A stretch of 64,000 nt of DNA from Macrostomum lignano. Lineage: Eukaryota. Positions 44,588 through 57,989 of this stretch are shown here, one piece after another; the first letter of the stretch is position 1; each line of letters starts with the position of its first letter. A model generated the notes under the pieces. The model saw only the letters and a program-made list of their open reading frames with translations, searched no databases and was not told the DNA's origin. The stretch covers positions 62,001 to 126,000 of the forward strand of contig NIVC01002320.1 of NCBI GenBank assembly GCA_002269645.1. The letters are read 5' to 3'. The position numbers and the translations under genes are program-made.

Positions 44588-47182
44588 CTATAATGAAGCA
44601 TTTCCTGAGCAGCGACTCAAAAGCCGCTTGCTGCTTGGCCTCTTCGGCCGGGTCGTTCGCAGGCTTGATTGCCTCGGCTGCCGCTGACTGCGGACCACCG
44701 ACACCCGGCGGCGGCGTTGGCGGCCGCGGCCCGTTGACGCCGACGCTGCCGGGGACGCGCGACAGCGCCTCGGCGACAGGAGAGCGGCGGTGAAGAAAGC
44801 CGGAGGCAGCAGGCTCTCCATCAGAGTCTGGACACCCCGAGCATCGCCAGCGACTGTCAATATTTGAGAGCGAGCGTTGATTGAGCTTGAATCATTTTTA
44901 ATATTTTTGGAATGATTTTTTGTGTCTTAGAAAAGTATTAAGTATGGTTACTATCGATTTTTAAGAATTTTATTTCGGGGACTACTCAAAAATGGTTTGA
45001 GCACTATTTTTACCAGGTAGTCTCTGGGGTTTGAAATGCATTTAAGCTTAAAGGATCTTAAACGCTTTGATATAAAAGATTTCTTTACATCCATATACTA
45101 AAAATGGTCTATCGGTAGGTAGGTAGGTAGGTATCTATCTAGGTATGTGATCGATTTTAGCAAAATTTTAACTATTTTCAAAACGTTTTAAATGATTTAG
45201 TAGGTGTATCGAACATTTAAAGATTGTTGTATCGAATATTTAGAAAGTTTTTTATTAATTTTATAAACTCGCAAAATTAAATCACGAAAACTTAAATTTA
45301 GGTTAATTTTTCATTAAATTTACATACAAATTTACAGTTGTTGTCCATATTTGAGCCTCAATCTATAATTATAAACAGCAAGCAGACCTTAGTTTAAATT
45401 TAATATATATATATTATTTTAAAATTACACATCATAGCAAATAGTACTGGCGTTTTTTACACGGTAACTACAATAAATACTGATTGTATATACTGTAGTA
45501 TTTATAGCAATGGTCCAGCTACATTTGAAGGACCACAAATCCATTCTTTTGAAGGCGTATGAGTTGCATTCGCCATTCTCGTTCGTTTCTTTTGAAGCAA
45601 CCTTCGTACTTTACATTATTAAAAGTACGAGCTAATAACAAACGCTAAGCTATAATTGCACATAAATTACGCCTAAACTCCATCTACCGACTTTAGTTAG
45701 TTTAAATTTAAATTCATTATGAAAATAAGAGATACAGGAACAAATATTGAGTAGTCCCTGATGAGGTAACTATTTACAAGGTATTTATTTCAGTTACCGT
45801 GACACTCAAACTCGGAATACCAAAAATATATAGTTACGTAAGAGCCCTCCCTGGGCTGATGCGCAGGGCTTTAATTTGCCCAAACTTATCAACGTGAACA
45901 TGAACGTATTTATTTCAGTTACCGTGTAAATAACGACTGCCAGTAGCTTTAGCTACCTTCCGGTTTTACCATAAATTAGTCCTATTAATTCACATTGTTG
46001 CTGACTGAGACATTTACCTATCTGCCAAGCTGTGATTAAATTAGTCACATGTTTATGACCGGCATAAATTGCTGTTAAATTTAGGATGCATCTGTAACTA
46101 TCTAAAGCTGTGCAGTCATTTACAGTCTAAATGTACACTAAAAATAATATACATTTTCTGCTTACATGGAAACATTCGCGTCAGCAGCTCCCGATGCAGC
46201 TGGTCAATGTACGCAGCCGCCTGTTGCACTACTTTCACCTGTAAGGTGGTAGAGAGAGAGGGAGAGAGAAGTTTAGCGTGAAAGAAAATTATGTAGCCAT
46301 CTTTACTAGACTACTATCAATAGACAGTTTAGAGATTATTAATTGCATTACTTGTATATAATTACAAAGGATAGTAACTTCTTAGCAGTCCACTGAGTCC
46401 CATTCGGGTGTCTAAAGTGGGTACTGAAGTAGTTGCTCGTGGCCCCATGAGGTAACTGGGTTATCTAGAGTGGGTAGTTGCTCGTGGCCCCATGAGGTAA
46501 CTGGGTTATCTAGAGTGGGTAGTTGCTCGCGGCCCCATGAGGTATGGAGGTATCTGGGTATCTAGAGTGGGTAGTTGCTCGCGGCATTATGAGGTATGGA
46601 GGTATCTGGGTATCTAGAGTGGGTAGTTGCTCGCGGACCCATGAGGTATCTGGGTATCTAGAGTGGGTAGTTGCTCGTGGCCCCATGAGGTACCTTGGTA
46701 TCTAGAGTTAGGTAGTTGCTCGCGGCCCTATGAGGTACCTTGGTATCTAGAGTGGGTAGTTGCTCGCGGCCCTATGAGGTACCTGGGTATCTAGAGTTGG
46801 GTAGTTGCTCGCGGCCCCATGAGGTATCTGGGTATCTAGAGTTGGTCGTGGGAATATACTGACGGCCCATTGAAGTATCTGGGCATCTAAATCTTATGGC
46901 GCTAGGTGAAGCATTAACACACAAAAGTAATTATTTTGGCCCAGGTAAGCTGGTAGGAAAACGGTTGTTGGCAACATAGATAATCTTGTAGAATCCAGCT
47001 AAATAGCTTGAATATAACGGTACACGTCTTCCACAGCCCAGTGGAACTCTCACCTGTCCTGTCTCCGATGCCAGCGGCCCGTCAGCCGAGACTTCGGCGG
47101 CACCAGGCAGCACCCGGAGCAGCCGACGGCACTCGCGCACCTCCTCCAGTTGGCGAGACCGAAGCTGCAGCTGCTGCGTCAT
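44588..47182 (-). CDS. Three-exon HLH protein, ~155 aa, Id/emc-like or orphan HLH with no obvious basic region
   Basis: Exons 47182-47054 (phase 0), 46238-46166 (phase 1) and 44853-44588, all GT-AG. Helix1 LEEVRECRRLLRVLP, loop, helix2 KVVQQAAAYIDQLHREL; Arg-rich C-terminal tail. Confidence 0.7.
46425..46845. repeat. ~44-nt minisatellite in HLH intron 1
   Basis: Unit GGGTAGTTGCTCGCGGCCCCATGAGGTATCTGGGTATCTAGAGT, with longer variants. Confidence 0.92.
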
Positions 47183-47264
47183 GACTTGTTGAACTGGATG
47201 ATGCTGGGCCTGAGTCTGAGTCTCTGCGAGTTTCCTTTGCTTTCTGAGTCTCAGTCACTGCTTG

Positions 47265-47304
47265 TATTTATAGCTATACTCAAGCGGGGCTCACGTTCAA
47301 TTGG
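47265..47304 (-). promoter_or_regulatory. TATA box (47265-47272) and CCAAT box (47300-47304) of the HLH gene
   Basis: Minus-strand TATAAATA lies ~83 nt upstream of the ATG, with CCAAT ~30 nt further upstream. Confidence 0.6.
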
Positions 47305-47637
47305 TTGCTGCGGGTTTCTGTGCGCCCGACAGCTGGGGGGGGGGGGCTTGAGTCCGAATTTTCGCTCGCTTCTAGGCTGGGGTGGAGAGGGGAGCCGTCA
47401 CCTGCCGGGCCCCGGGGACCCCCACCTCCACGTTCCTCGGTTCCCATGGCCTCCACCCCTAAGCCAGACCATGATATCGGAGAGGGGAGGCGGTAACTGT
47501 GTGGGGGTGGGACACCTACCTATGGAATTGCCTCATTCTCATTGGGCAGGGAGCCCGCAAGCTAGAAGTCTGGAGAGAGGGGGGGGCATCGCAAACCCGA
47601 AAAAGCTTCGAAAGTGCTAGCAACGCGCCCAACGCTT

Positions 47638-48056
47638 TGGATTTCGGAGTTATGTTATTTCGGGTTTTTTATGGGAAGTGATGTCGGAGTTATGTTATTT
47701 CGGGTTTTTGATGGGAGCGATTTCGGAGTTGTGATATTTCGGGTTTTTGATGGGAGCGATTTCGGAGTTGTGATATTTCGGGTTTTTGATGGGAGCGATT
47801 TCGGAGTTGTGATATTTCGGGTTTTTGATGGGAGCGATTTCAGAGTTGTGATATTTCGGGTTTTTGATGGGAGCGATTTCGGAGTTGTGATATTTCGGGT
47901 TTTTGATGGGAGCGATTTCGGAGTTGTGATATTTCGGGTTTTTGATGGGAGCGATTTCGGAGTTGTGATATTTCGGGTTTTTGATGGGAGCGATTTCGGA
48001 GTTGTGATATTTCGGGTTTTTGATGGGAGCGATTTCGGAGTTTTGATATTTCGGGT
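47638..48056. repeat. 39-nt minisatellite
   Basis: Unit GATTTCGGAGTTGTGATATTTCGGGTTTTTGATGGGAGC. Confidence 0.95.
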
Positions 48057-48894
48057 TGCACCCGAACAGACACACACATTGCAGCTAAAAAACAGAATCG
48101 GAATTCCTAAACTCAAAAATAAAAATTTTTGACAGTTGGAAAATTTATGTATCTTAATTTTAAATACCGGATGCACATCTAGCTCCTATTAGCTATGAAA
48201 TTACTTTCAGACCTTTCTAATCCGAAGTTTAAGTTTTCTTTGACTGTGACAGAAATTTGCTGAAGAAATTAGATAAAGGAAGGGAGTAAACAGTCCAGAT
48301 ATTCTCTCTGTCGGTGGGCGGTGGCATTAGGAGTAAGGAGAGTAGGGGAGTAGGACGACCTCGGGTCTATTTGAGACAAGGGGGTGGGTGTCGCCACGGG
48401 CCTCCCCACATGCTCACCTGGCTCACTGCGCACGTGGTACGGATACCGAGGCCTCTCCCACGCTTGTGCAATCTGAGTGTCTGGCAGCTGCTTGGCCTCA
48501 GAGCTGGGGGGGGGGGCGCCCCGAGGCCCCAGCAACACGCGGCCATAGCGGGTGAAGAAGCGCGCCATCTGCTGCCGCAAACGGCTGGGACTCTCAGCTT
48601 TCTGCCCAGCCCCTGCCATGCGCTGCGTTCTCAGTTGTTAACCGCCTGGCGTTTAACTTTCCCAGCACAGCTTGACGACTCCACAGTAACAGCCTGGCAA
48701 CAAGCAGTTTATGGCGCCTTCTGGCGTGCAAAAGCAGATAATGGGCTCAAAAATGCTGGAGTTCTTATGCGCCGGCATGAGAAGCCTAGATGGAGAGAAA
48801 TAAAAGTTCGTCTGGCACTTTCAATCAGGACACAAGGAATTGAATCGCCAATGCTGGACTCGCTGGGCCATTAGATTCTCCCAATGAGCTCTAA

Positions 48895-49245
48895 GAATTC
48901 TCTCCCTTCCCGCCCATGAGATTAGAAGATTCTCTCCCTTCCCGTACATGAGATTAGAATATTCTCTCTATTCCCACCCATTAGATTAGAAGATTCTCTG
49001 CCTTCCCTCTCATGAGATTATAGAATTCTCTTCCTTCCGCCCATGAGATTAGAAAAGACCCTCTCCCTTCCTTCTCATGAGATTAGAAGACTCTCTCCTT
49101 CTCGCCCATGAGATTAGAAGATTCTCTCCCTTCCCGCCCTTAAGCTTAGAAGATCCTCTGCCTTCCCGCCCATGAGATTAGAAGATTCTCTCCCTTCCCG
49201 CCCATGAGATTAGAAGATTCTCTCCCTTACCGCTCATGAGATTAG
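48895..49245. repeat. 32/33-nt minisatellite
   Basis: Unit CATGAGATTAGAAGATTCTCTCCCTTCCCGCC. Confidence 0.9.
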
Positions 49246-49584
49246 AGTCCTGTCATAGCAATTCGTTAATTAGTTTCGAATTGATTCATTTCAAGCATGG
49301 ATAAGAGCCGCCACTAAGACACGAAGTAGAGAAAATTAAAAAAAGACTCCAACTAAGCCCCGTGCCCGGGGGCTGCATCGAAATTGAGCTATTTATTGGG
49401 GGGGACTCGCTTTTAGATAAAGCGTTGCGCAATCGGCCCCTATTAGACTGACTCCATCTGCCCCATCAAATAGGCACGAGTCTGCCGCCACTGCCCCCCT
49501 ACTTGAGGATTGACTCGGTTGCCAACCATCTTGCCGTCATGGATACGTGAGTGGGGAGTTTGAATAGATGCATTGGAGGGCACC

Positions 49585-50530
49585 GAGTCACTGTGAATAC
49601 TGTGACTGTGTGATGCATAGTGACTGAGGCTGGCACTGACTCACTGTGAATACTGTGAGTGTGTGATGCATAGTGACTGAGGCTGGCACTGACTCACTGT
49701 GAATACCATGACTGTGTGGTTTATAGTGACTGAGGCTGACACTGACTCACTGTGAATAGTGTGACTGTGTGATGTATAGTGACTGAGGCTGGCACTGACT
49801 CACTGTGAATACTGACTGTGTGGTTTATAGTGACTGAGGCTGACACTGAGTCACTGTGAATAGTGACTGTGTGGTTTATAGTGACTGAGGCTGACACTGA
49901 GTCACTGTGAATACTGACTGTGTGGTTTATAGTGACTGAGGCTGACACTGAGTCACTGTGAATACTGACTGTGTGGTTTATAGTGACTGAGGCTGACACT
50001 GAGTCACTGTGAATACTGACTGTGTGGTTTATAGTGACTGAGGCTGACACTGAGTCACTGTGAATACTGACTGTGTGGTTTATAGTGACTGAGGCTGACA
50101 CTGAGTCACTGTGAATACTGACTGTGTGGTTTATAGTGACTGAGGCTGACACTGAGTCACTGTGAATACTGACTGTGTGGTTTATAGTGACTGAGGCTGA
50201 CACTGAGTCACTGTGAATACTGACTGTGTGGTTTATAGTGACTGAGGCTGACACTGAGTCACTGTGAATACTGACTGTGTGGTTTATAGTGACTGAGGCT
50301 GACACTGAGTCACTGTGAATACTGACTGTGTGGTTTATAGTGACTGAGGCTGGCACTGACTCACTGTGAATACCTGTGTGATGTATAGTGACTGAGGCTG
50401 GCACTGACTCACTGTGAATACCTGTGTGATGTATAGTGACTGAGGCTGGCACTGACCCACTGTGAATACCGTGACTGTGTGATGTATAGTGACTGAGGCT
50501 GGCACTGAGTCACTGTGAATAGTGTGACTG
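49585..50530. repeat. 51-nt minisatellite with an internal hairpin
   Basis: Unit AGTGACTGAGGCTGACACTGAGTCACTGTGAATACTGACTGTGTGGTTTAT; AGTGACT/AGTCACT stem. Confidence 0.95.
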
Positions 50531-51334
50531 ATTGTGATACCATGAATACCAACTTGTCAGTGCCTTAATAAAGGTTTTGACAGGAGGGAATTGTAAAAAT
50601 GCCTGAAGTATCTTACTACTGATTTAACTTTAGTAGTATTGAAGGGATGTTTTTAAGCTTTTCGACGATATTTCTTTGCACTGTATATTCCTTAATTAAT
50701 AATTCATAACTGGCAAGGGGCTGTCATGCAGACAGTGTTATGACGTCGGTGTCCATATGGACCAAATCGAATTTGTCAGATTAGAACGAACCTATTTGTT
50801 GAATTGCTGTTTAAAAAAGCAGAGATGGAAAGCGGCTCTGTAATATTAATGAGAGTAGGATAGAGGGGGACTGGGGGGGGGGTACGAACTGTGAGGCCTC
50901 AATATGAGAGGCAGGTGAGGGATATGGGAGGAGTTCACCGCAGGCCCGTGAGGACAGGAGTTTTAACATGCACTCAGGCAGTCGCCCGGGCTTCCACCTC
51001 CCCTTTCACTTTCCGGGTTAACGGGGGGGGGGAAGTCAGGGGTGAGTCATTAGGACGGGCGAATGGAGAGGTTGGAGAGCAAGTCTCCCCTTTGCTCTCG
51101 CGTGTTCGCGTGGCTTAGATACATGTAGAATAAAGCAAACCGGATTATCTCTGCTGAGCTCCTTTGCCAATGGATTTTGCATCCACCCCTAATTCTATTC
51201 CTGTCTGCAAAATTAATCAAAGGAAACCAAAATAAGCCTCTCCTCTCCTTCTGGCTAATGCTTTTTGCTTGTCAGGAGTTCGGACGCTCTATTTAATCTG
51301 AGTAGCTCTTTGGCTTACTTTTGACTGACATAAA

Positions 51335-52242
<908 letters not shown>

Positions 52243-53106
52243 TGCCATACAATAGGATAGTTTTTTCTTGACTAAACGACGCAGTAAAAACTGAATGTAT
52301 TTGAAATGAAAACGAAGTGGACACAAAGCCCTCTTCAGCTGTGTATTTATGACATTAAATGACATTAAATGGATGTGAATTGTGTACCAAAAGTGCATCA
52401 CTTGCTATCACATGATGATTTGCAATTGGCTTACTAGAGAGCCGCATCGCGCGGACACAAATAAACTATTTATTGATATTTAAAACACGGACCAGGTCGT
52501 GTAAACATGAAATAATAATAATGTAGTAAACTAAAAATCCTGTGATGAAAGATTAGACTAGCTGGTAGTACAGTTCTGTGCTACGGCTGGGATAAACGGA
52601 TGGCAGATATAGAATAGAAAAAGTGATAATTGCACCTGCGGGCGCCCTTGACTTCTCATACTGTAGGTGTTAAGTCGAAAATTTCGTGAGCCAGCGGCCT
52701 CGCCAAGTGGCTGGAGGGCCCTGGGCAGACTGCTGCTCAAAGAGGTCGAAATACGGTTGGACAGAAACTGGAGACGAAAGTTGGACCATGATGACGACTG
52801 GCCGGCTGTCAAGGGCGGTGACGGTGCACAAGGACTTCTAACAATTCTTCTAAACCTAAAATCTAAACTAAAATGCCTCCTAGCCAAGGCTCTTGGGGCT
52901 TGCTTCTAGGAGGACTGCAAAATTAACTGCAGAGCAGATTGTCGGGCAAACAGCAAAACAAAATAATGGCTAAAACGAAACTAGAAAACTAAAAAAATAG
53001 CTAGAAAAAGCTGAACCAAACAAGAGAAGGATGCTGATTTAACTTCATCAGCAGCATAGCAACTTGAATTTTACCTGGATGAATTGATTTAAATTGATGT
53101 TGAATC

Positions 53107-54365
53107 CAGACTGTCTGTTCTGTGGTTTACAGACTGTCTGATCTGTGGTTTACAGACTGTCTGTTCTGTGGTTTACAGACTGTCTGCTCTGTGGTTTACA
53201 GGCTTTCTGATCTGTGGTTTACAGACTGTCTGATCTGTGGTTTACAGACTGTCTGTTCTGTGATTTACAGACTGTCTGATCTGTGGTTTACAGACTGTCT
53301 AATCTGTGATTTACAGACTGTCTGTTCTGTGGTTTACAGACTGTCTGTTCTGTGGTTTACAGACTGTCTGATCTGTGATTTACAGACTGTCTGATCTGTG
53401 GTTTACAGACTGTCTGTTCTGTGGTTTACAGACTGTCTGATCTGTGATTTACAGACTGTCTGCTCTGTGGTTTACAGACTGTCTGATCTGTGATTTACAG
53501 ACTGTCTGATCTGTGGTTTACAGACTGTCTGATCTGTGATTTACAGACTGTCTGATCTGTGGTTTACAGACTGTCTGATCTGTGGTTTCCAGACTGTCTG
53601 ATCTGTGGTTTACAGACTGTCTGATCTGTGGTTTACAGACTGTCTGTTCTGTGGTTTACAGACTGTCTGATCTGTGATTTACAGACTGTCTGCTCTGTGG
53701 TTTACAGACTGTCTGATCTGTGATTTACAGACTGTCTGATCTGTGGTTTACAGACTGTCTGATCTGTGATTTACAGACTGTCTGATCTGTGGTTTACAGA
53801 CTGTCTGATCTGTGGTTTACAGACTGTCTGCTCTGTGGTTTACAGACTGTCTGATCTGTGGTTTACAGACTGTCTGATCTGTGATTTACAGACTGTCTGA
53901 TCTGTGGTTTACAGACTGTCTGATCTGTGGTTTACAGACTGTCTGATCTGTGGTTTACAGACTGTCTGCTCTGTGGTTTACAGACTGTCTGATCTGTGGT
54001 TTACAGACTGTCTGATCTGTGGTTTACAGACTGTCTGATCTGTGGTTTCCAGACTGTCTGATCTGTGGTTTCCAGACTGTCTGTTCTGTGGTTTACAGAC
54101 TGTCTGATCTGTGATTTACAGACTGTCTGATCTGTGATTTACAGACTGTCTGCTCTGTGGTTTACAGACTGTCTGATCTGTGGTTTACAGACTGTCTGCT
54201 CTGTGGTTTACAGACTGTCTGATCTGTGGTTTACAGACTGTCTGCTCTGTGGTTTACAGACTGTCTGATCTGTGGTTTACAGACTGTCTGCTCTGTGGTT
54301 TACAGACTGTCTGATCTGTGGTTTCCAGACTGTCTACTCTGTGGTTTCCAGACTGTCTGTTCTGG
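53107..54365. repeat. 23-nt minisatellite
   Basis: Unit CTGTGGTTTACAGACTGTCTGAT. Confidence 0.96.
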
Positions 54366-54879
54366 TCAAGAAGACTCAGACACCAACATTACCCTAGCCT
54401 GGTGGGCATGGGAGAATTCTTATCCTGGTAAAACTCGTGTCAATTTGCTGCTTCGATGCAGTTTACAATAAGACAGACTTTGCTAAACAGTATCTAAATA
54501 AAATATAATAGAATATATTGCATAGCAACTATTTACAGCAAATAAGCTCGACAGTAAAGCATTAACACAGACTTTTCAACTATAGGGAAACAAGAAACGT
54601 TAACAAAACACAATTGCATTGTCAAAATAGCAATTGAAAAGACCAATAGATTAAAAAAGTGACATTCAGTTACCGCGACTCCAGCAAGATGGCAAACGGT
54701 TGCTAAGGACTCTGGGATGCTCAAAACTACAGCTAGATGACCAGGAAGAGTTCGGGGGACAGTTGCTCGCTTTGTTCAGAGGACAAGCGGTGAGGTAGCC
54801 ATCTGGAATTGATTAGCTGGGGATGTTAATATTCAATCGATAATAAACTTGTTGGTTACAGGCCTCAGCTGCTCAAATA

Positions 54880-55318
54880 GTCTAATGATCCCCTCAGGTA
54901 TTCTAATGATTCCCTCGGGTATTCTAATGATTCCCTCAGGTATTCTAATGATTCCCTCGGGTATTCTAATGATTCCCTCAGGTATTCTAATGATTCCCTC
55001 GGGTATTCTAATGATCCCCTCAGGTATTCTAATGATCCCCTCAGGTATTCTAATGATTCCCTCGGGTATTATAATGATCCCCTCAGGTATTCTAATGATC
55101 CCCTCAGGTATTCTAATGATTCCCTCGGGTATTCTAATGATCCCCTCAGGTATTCTAATGATCCCCTCAGGTATTCTAATGATTCCCTCGGGTATTCTAA
55201 TGATCCCCTCAGGTATTCTAATGATCCCCTCAGGTATTCTAATGATTCCCTCGGGTATTCTAATGATCCCCTCAGAATGATCCCCTCAGGTATTCTAATG
55301 ATTCCCTCGGGTATTCTA
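54880..55318. repeat. 21-nt minisatellite
   Basis: Unit TTCTAATGATTCCCTCGGGTA. Confidence 0.96.
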
Positions 55319-55794
55319 ATTTCGCATTGCCTGCATTGTGAATCAGTATAAAACCTTCTGTTTATGTGTTTATGGCCGCTATTGTAAATACATTTATTGA
55401 TTTGACTGTGTCGCGCATAGCCCATAGCTTTACCGCAGAATTCAATACCAATTCGCTATCATTTAATCTTTAAATACTTGATCAAGCCAGTAATTTGAAT
55501 TATTCGCCCATATTTTATCGCACTGAAATAAACTCTCTGAAGTGGTCATAAAAAGCCCACTGTATTGCGCAAATGCGCTTTCAGCCGCAGCTAGGCGAGT
55601 CGCAGGGGGTGGCGACAGGATCGCAGAATTTGTGGTAAAAATTTTGCGACTTAAATTTTTTTACGACTGTGGCTTGGCTGCCCTCTCTAGTGAGGCTTTT
55701 ACTGCCAGTTAGTTGATAATATGGCCCGGTAAAAGCTCAATTTTTTGCCATTTATAACTGACTTATAAGACTGCAATCAACACTGCTTATCCCT

Positions 55795-56235
55795 TCGGAC
55801 ACTGCTTATCCTACTGACTTTCGGACACTGCTTATCCTACTGACTCTCGGACACTGCTTATCCTACAGGTTCTTCGGACACTGCTTATCCTACAGGCTCT
55901 TCGGACACTGCTTATCCTACAGGCTCTTCGGACACTGCTTATCCTACTGACTCTCGGACACTGCTTATCCTACAGGCTCTTCGGACACTGCTTATCCTAC
56001 TGACTCTTCGGACACTGCTTATCCTACAGGCTCTTCGGACACTGCTTATCCTACTGACTCTTCGGACACTGCTTATCCTACTGACTCTTCGGACACTGCT
56101 TATCCTACAGGCTCTTCGGACACTGCTTATCCTACAGGCTCTTCGGACACTGCTTATCCTACAGGCTTTTCGGACACTGCTTATTTCAATGACTCTTCGG
56201 ACACTGCTTATTTCAATGACTCTTCGGACACCATA
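55795..56235. repeat. ~27-nt minisatellite
   Basis: Unit CGGACACTGCTTATCCTACAGGCTCTT. Confidence 0.95.
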
Positions 56236-56330
56236 GCTTCGGACACTACGATTCCCCGTACCCTTGATGAACCCTGGTCATTCGTCATGACACGCAGCAA
56301 GTGACCCACCTGCTCTGTCGCGGGCCCAGC

Positions 56331-57989
56331 TCAGTGGTAGGACATCCGCTCTCCCGGGCCGCACCGCACGATCGGCAGGCGGCCGCACGGGTCCGAAGCC
56401 TGTCGGAGGCAGTTCTGCGGCGGCTGAGGCGGAGGCGGCGGAGGCGGCGGCTGCTGTTTGAGCTGCAACATCTGGTAGTCGAGCTGGTCCCGCACGGAGG
56501 CCAGGGCCCGCAGCAGCAGCTCTCGCCGGTAGAGCTCCAGCTCCCGAGCAAAGAGGCCGCCGCCGACGCCGCCGCCGCTTCTGTACGTCGCCTCGCCGGC
56601 GTCGCGGAAGCGCCGGTCCAGGCTGTCCCGCTGGGCGGCGAGTCGCTGCACAGCCTCCGCTAGCGACTCCTCCGTCGACTTTGGCGACGGCGACGGCAGC
56701 TCGAACTCCATCTCGGAGTCGGAGTCGGTGTCAGCTGGCGAGTCGAACTCGGTACCTTCAGAATCGGAGCGGAGCACCGGGGTCTGGCAGGCGGCGGCCT
56801 CGGTGAGGTTGAGGCTGCTGCCGCTGCTGCAGCTACTGGTGTCGGGCGGTGGTGCCATCATCAGCAGCATCTGACGCCGATCCATGTCCCACCACAGGCT
56901 GCTGGAGTCGGCACCGCTGCTCATGCTCACCGGTGTCACCTCGGCGACGGCCATCAGCTGCTGCTCCTCGGGCACAAAGCCTACGCTGGCGACGCCCTCA
57001 GCCATGATGGACAGCGGCTGGGCGTCGGGGCCGAACGCGGAGTTGTGAATCGCCATGACTTCGGCATCGGCGGCCAGATCTTCATCGTTGCTGGAGCCGC
57101 AGTCCCAGCGCTGCTCGGGTGACTGTTGGTGCGAGCGCTGACGGTGACGACGCTTCTTGAGCACCTTTCGTTTCGATTGAAACTGCTGCTGCTGCTCAAG
57201 AACCGGCGTCGAACTGCCATCGCTGTCAGTGCCGACCAGACTGACCTGAGCCTGCACCGTCTTCAGGCCGCAGTCGCTCGTCCCGAAGTCCTCGAAATCC
57301 TCAGTTTGGGCCGCGGTTGCAGTGGTCTCGGCGGGCTGCATCGACGGAGGCACTCGGCTGCCAACTTCCTCAATGCCGGAGATGCCGGAGTCCAGACTCT
57401 TCTGCATCACTCCGCTGTCCTCAATTCGCGGCCGTTTGCGCTCCCTCAGCCAGGGATTGGTGCGGATCTGCGACCGCTTCTTCATCGTGAGCGGCTGCAC
57501 CACAGCGCGGCAGTGCGGGCAGTAGGCTAGCGGCGACTCCTCCTCTGCGCTGAGCAGGTCGCCAGACGAAGCGGACGGGAGCCCCTCATCCGAGCTCGTG
57601 TTGGCTTTCTCGGCGATTCCGGAGCCGCTGGCGGCGTTCCCGGCCTGTCCTGTCGCAGCCGCCTTGCCGCTGCGCCCGACGCTGGCAGCTCGGCGCAGGA
57701 ACCGCGGCAGCGAGTGGCTCTCCTTCTTCCTCGGTGGTGGCAGCGGAGGCGGCTGCTGCTCCTCCGGCGGCGGCTGCTGGGCCGCTGGCTGCCGAACGGC
57801 AAACACAGCTCGACGCTCGAAGCCCTCGAAGACGAACTCCTCGTCGCCGGTGTCCGCCCCGGCGATGCAGGAGGCTTCGAAGTGTCTCCGCTTCTTCCGA
57901 CGGCTGAGGCTTCTGCCAGGCTCTGCTGGCAGCTGCTGCTGCTGCGGCTGCTGCGCCGGCTCCGCCTTCTTCCAGAACTTCCAGCGCAT
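56331..57989 (-). CDS. Hypothetical 552-aa low-complexity protein encoded in one coding exon
   Basis: Long GC-rich ORF. The ATG lies 26 nt after an acceptor (TTCTCGCAG, exon start 58015), with an in-frame stop upstream. Contains CPHC, DSGISG and a C-terminal coiled-coil-like segment; family not recognised. Confidence 0.75.
   Translation of the reverse strand: MRWKFWKKAEPAQQPQQQQLPAEPGRSLSRRKKRRHFEASCIAGADTGDEEFVFEGFERRAVFAVRQPAAQQPPPEEQQPPPLPPPRKKESHSLPRFLRRAASVGRSGKAAATGQAGNAASGSGIAEKANTSSDEGLPSASSGDLLSAEEESPLAYCPHCRAVVQPLTMKKRSQIRTNPWLRERKRPRIEDSGVMQKSLDSGISGIEEVGSRVPPSMQPAETTATAAQTEDFEDFGTSDCGLKTVQAQVSLVGTDSDGSSTPVLEQQQQFQSKRKVLKKRRHRQRSHQQSPEQRWDCGSSNDEDLAADAEVMAIHNSAFGPDAQPLSIMAEGVASVGFVPEEQQLMAVAEVTPVSMSSGADSSSLWWDMDRRQMLLMMAPPPDTSSCSSGSSLNLTEAAACQTPVLRSDSEGTEFDSPADTDSDSEMEFELPSPSPKSTEESLAEAVQRLAAQRDSLDRRFRDAGEATYRSGGGVGGGLFARELELYRRELLLRALASVRDQLDYQMLQLKQQPPPPPPPPQPPQNCLRQASDPCGRLPIVRCGPGERMSYH

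Noticed and set aside
45758-45801. CTGATGA followed by a 7-bp stem (GGTAACT/AGTTACC) as a hammerhead
   Set aside because: The required GAAA box reads GTGA and there is no stem III or NUH; at most a remnant.
49585-50530. Palindromic 51-nt repeats as a CRISPR array
   Set aside because: No unique spacers, no cas genes and a eukaryotic context; a plain minisatellite.
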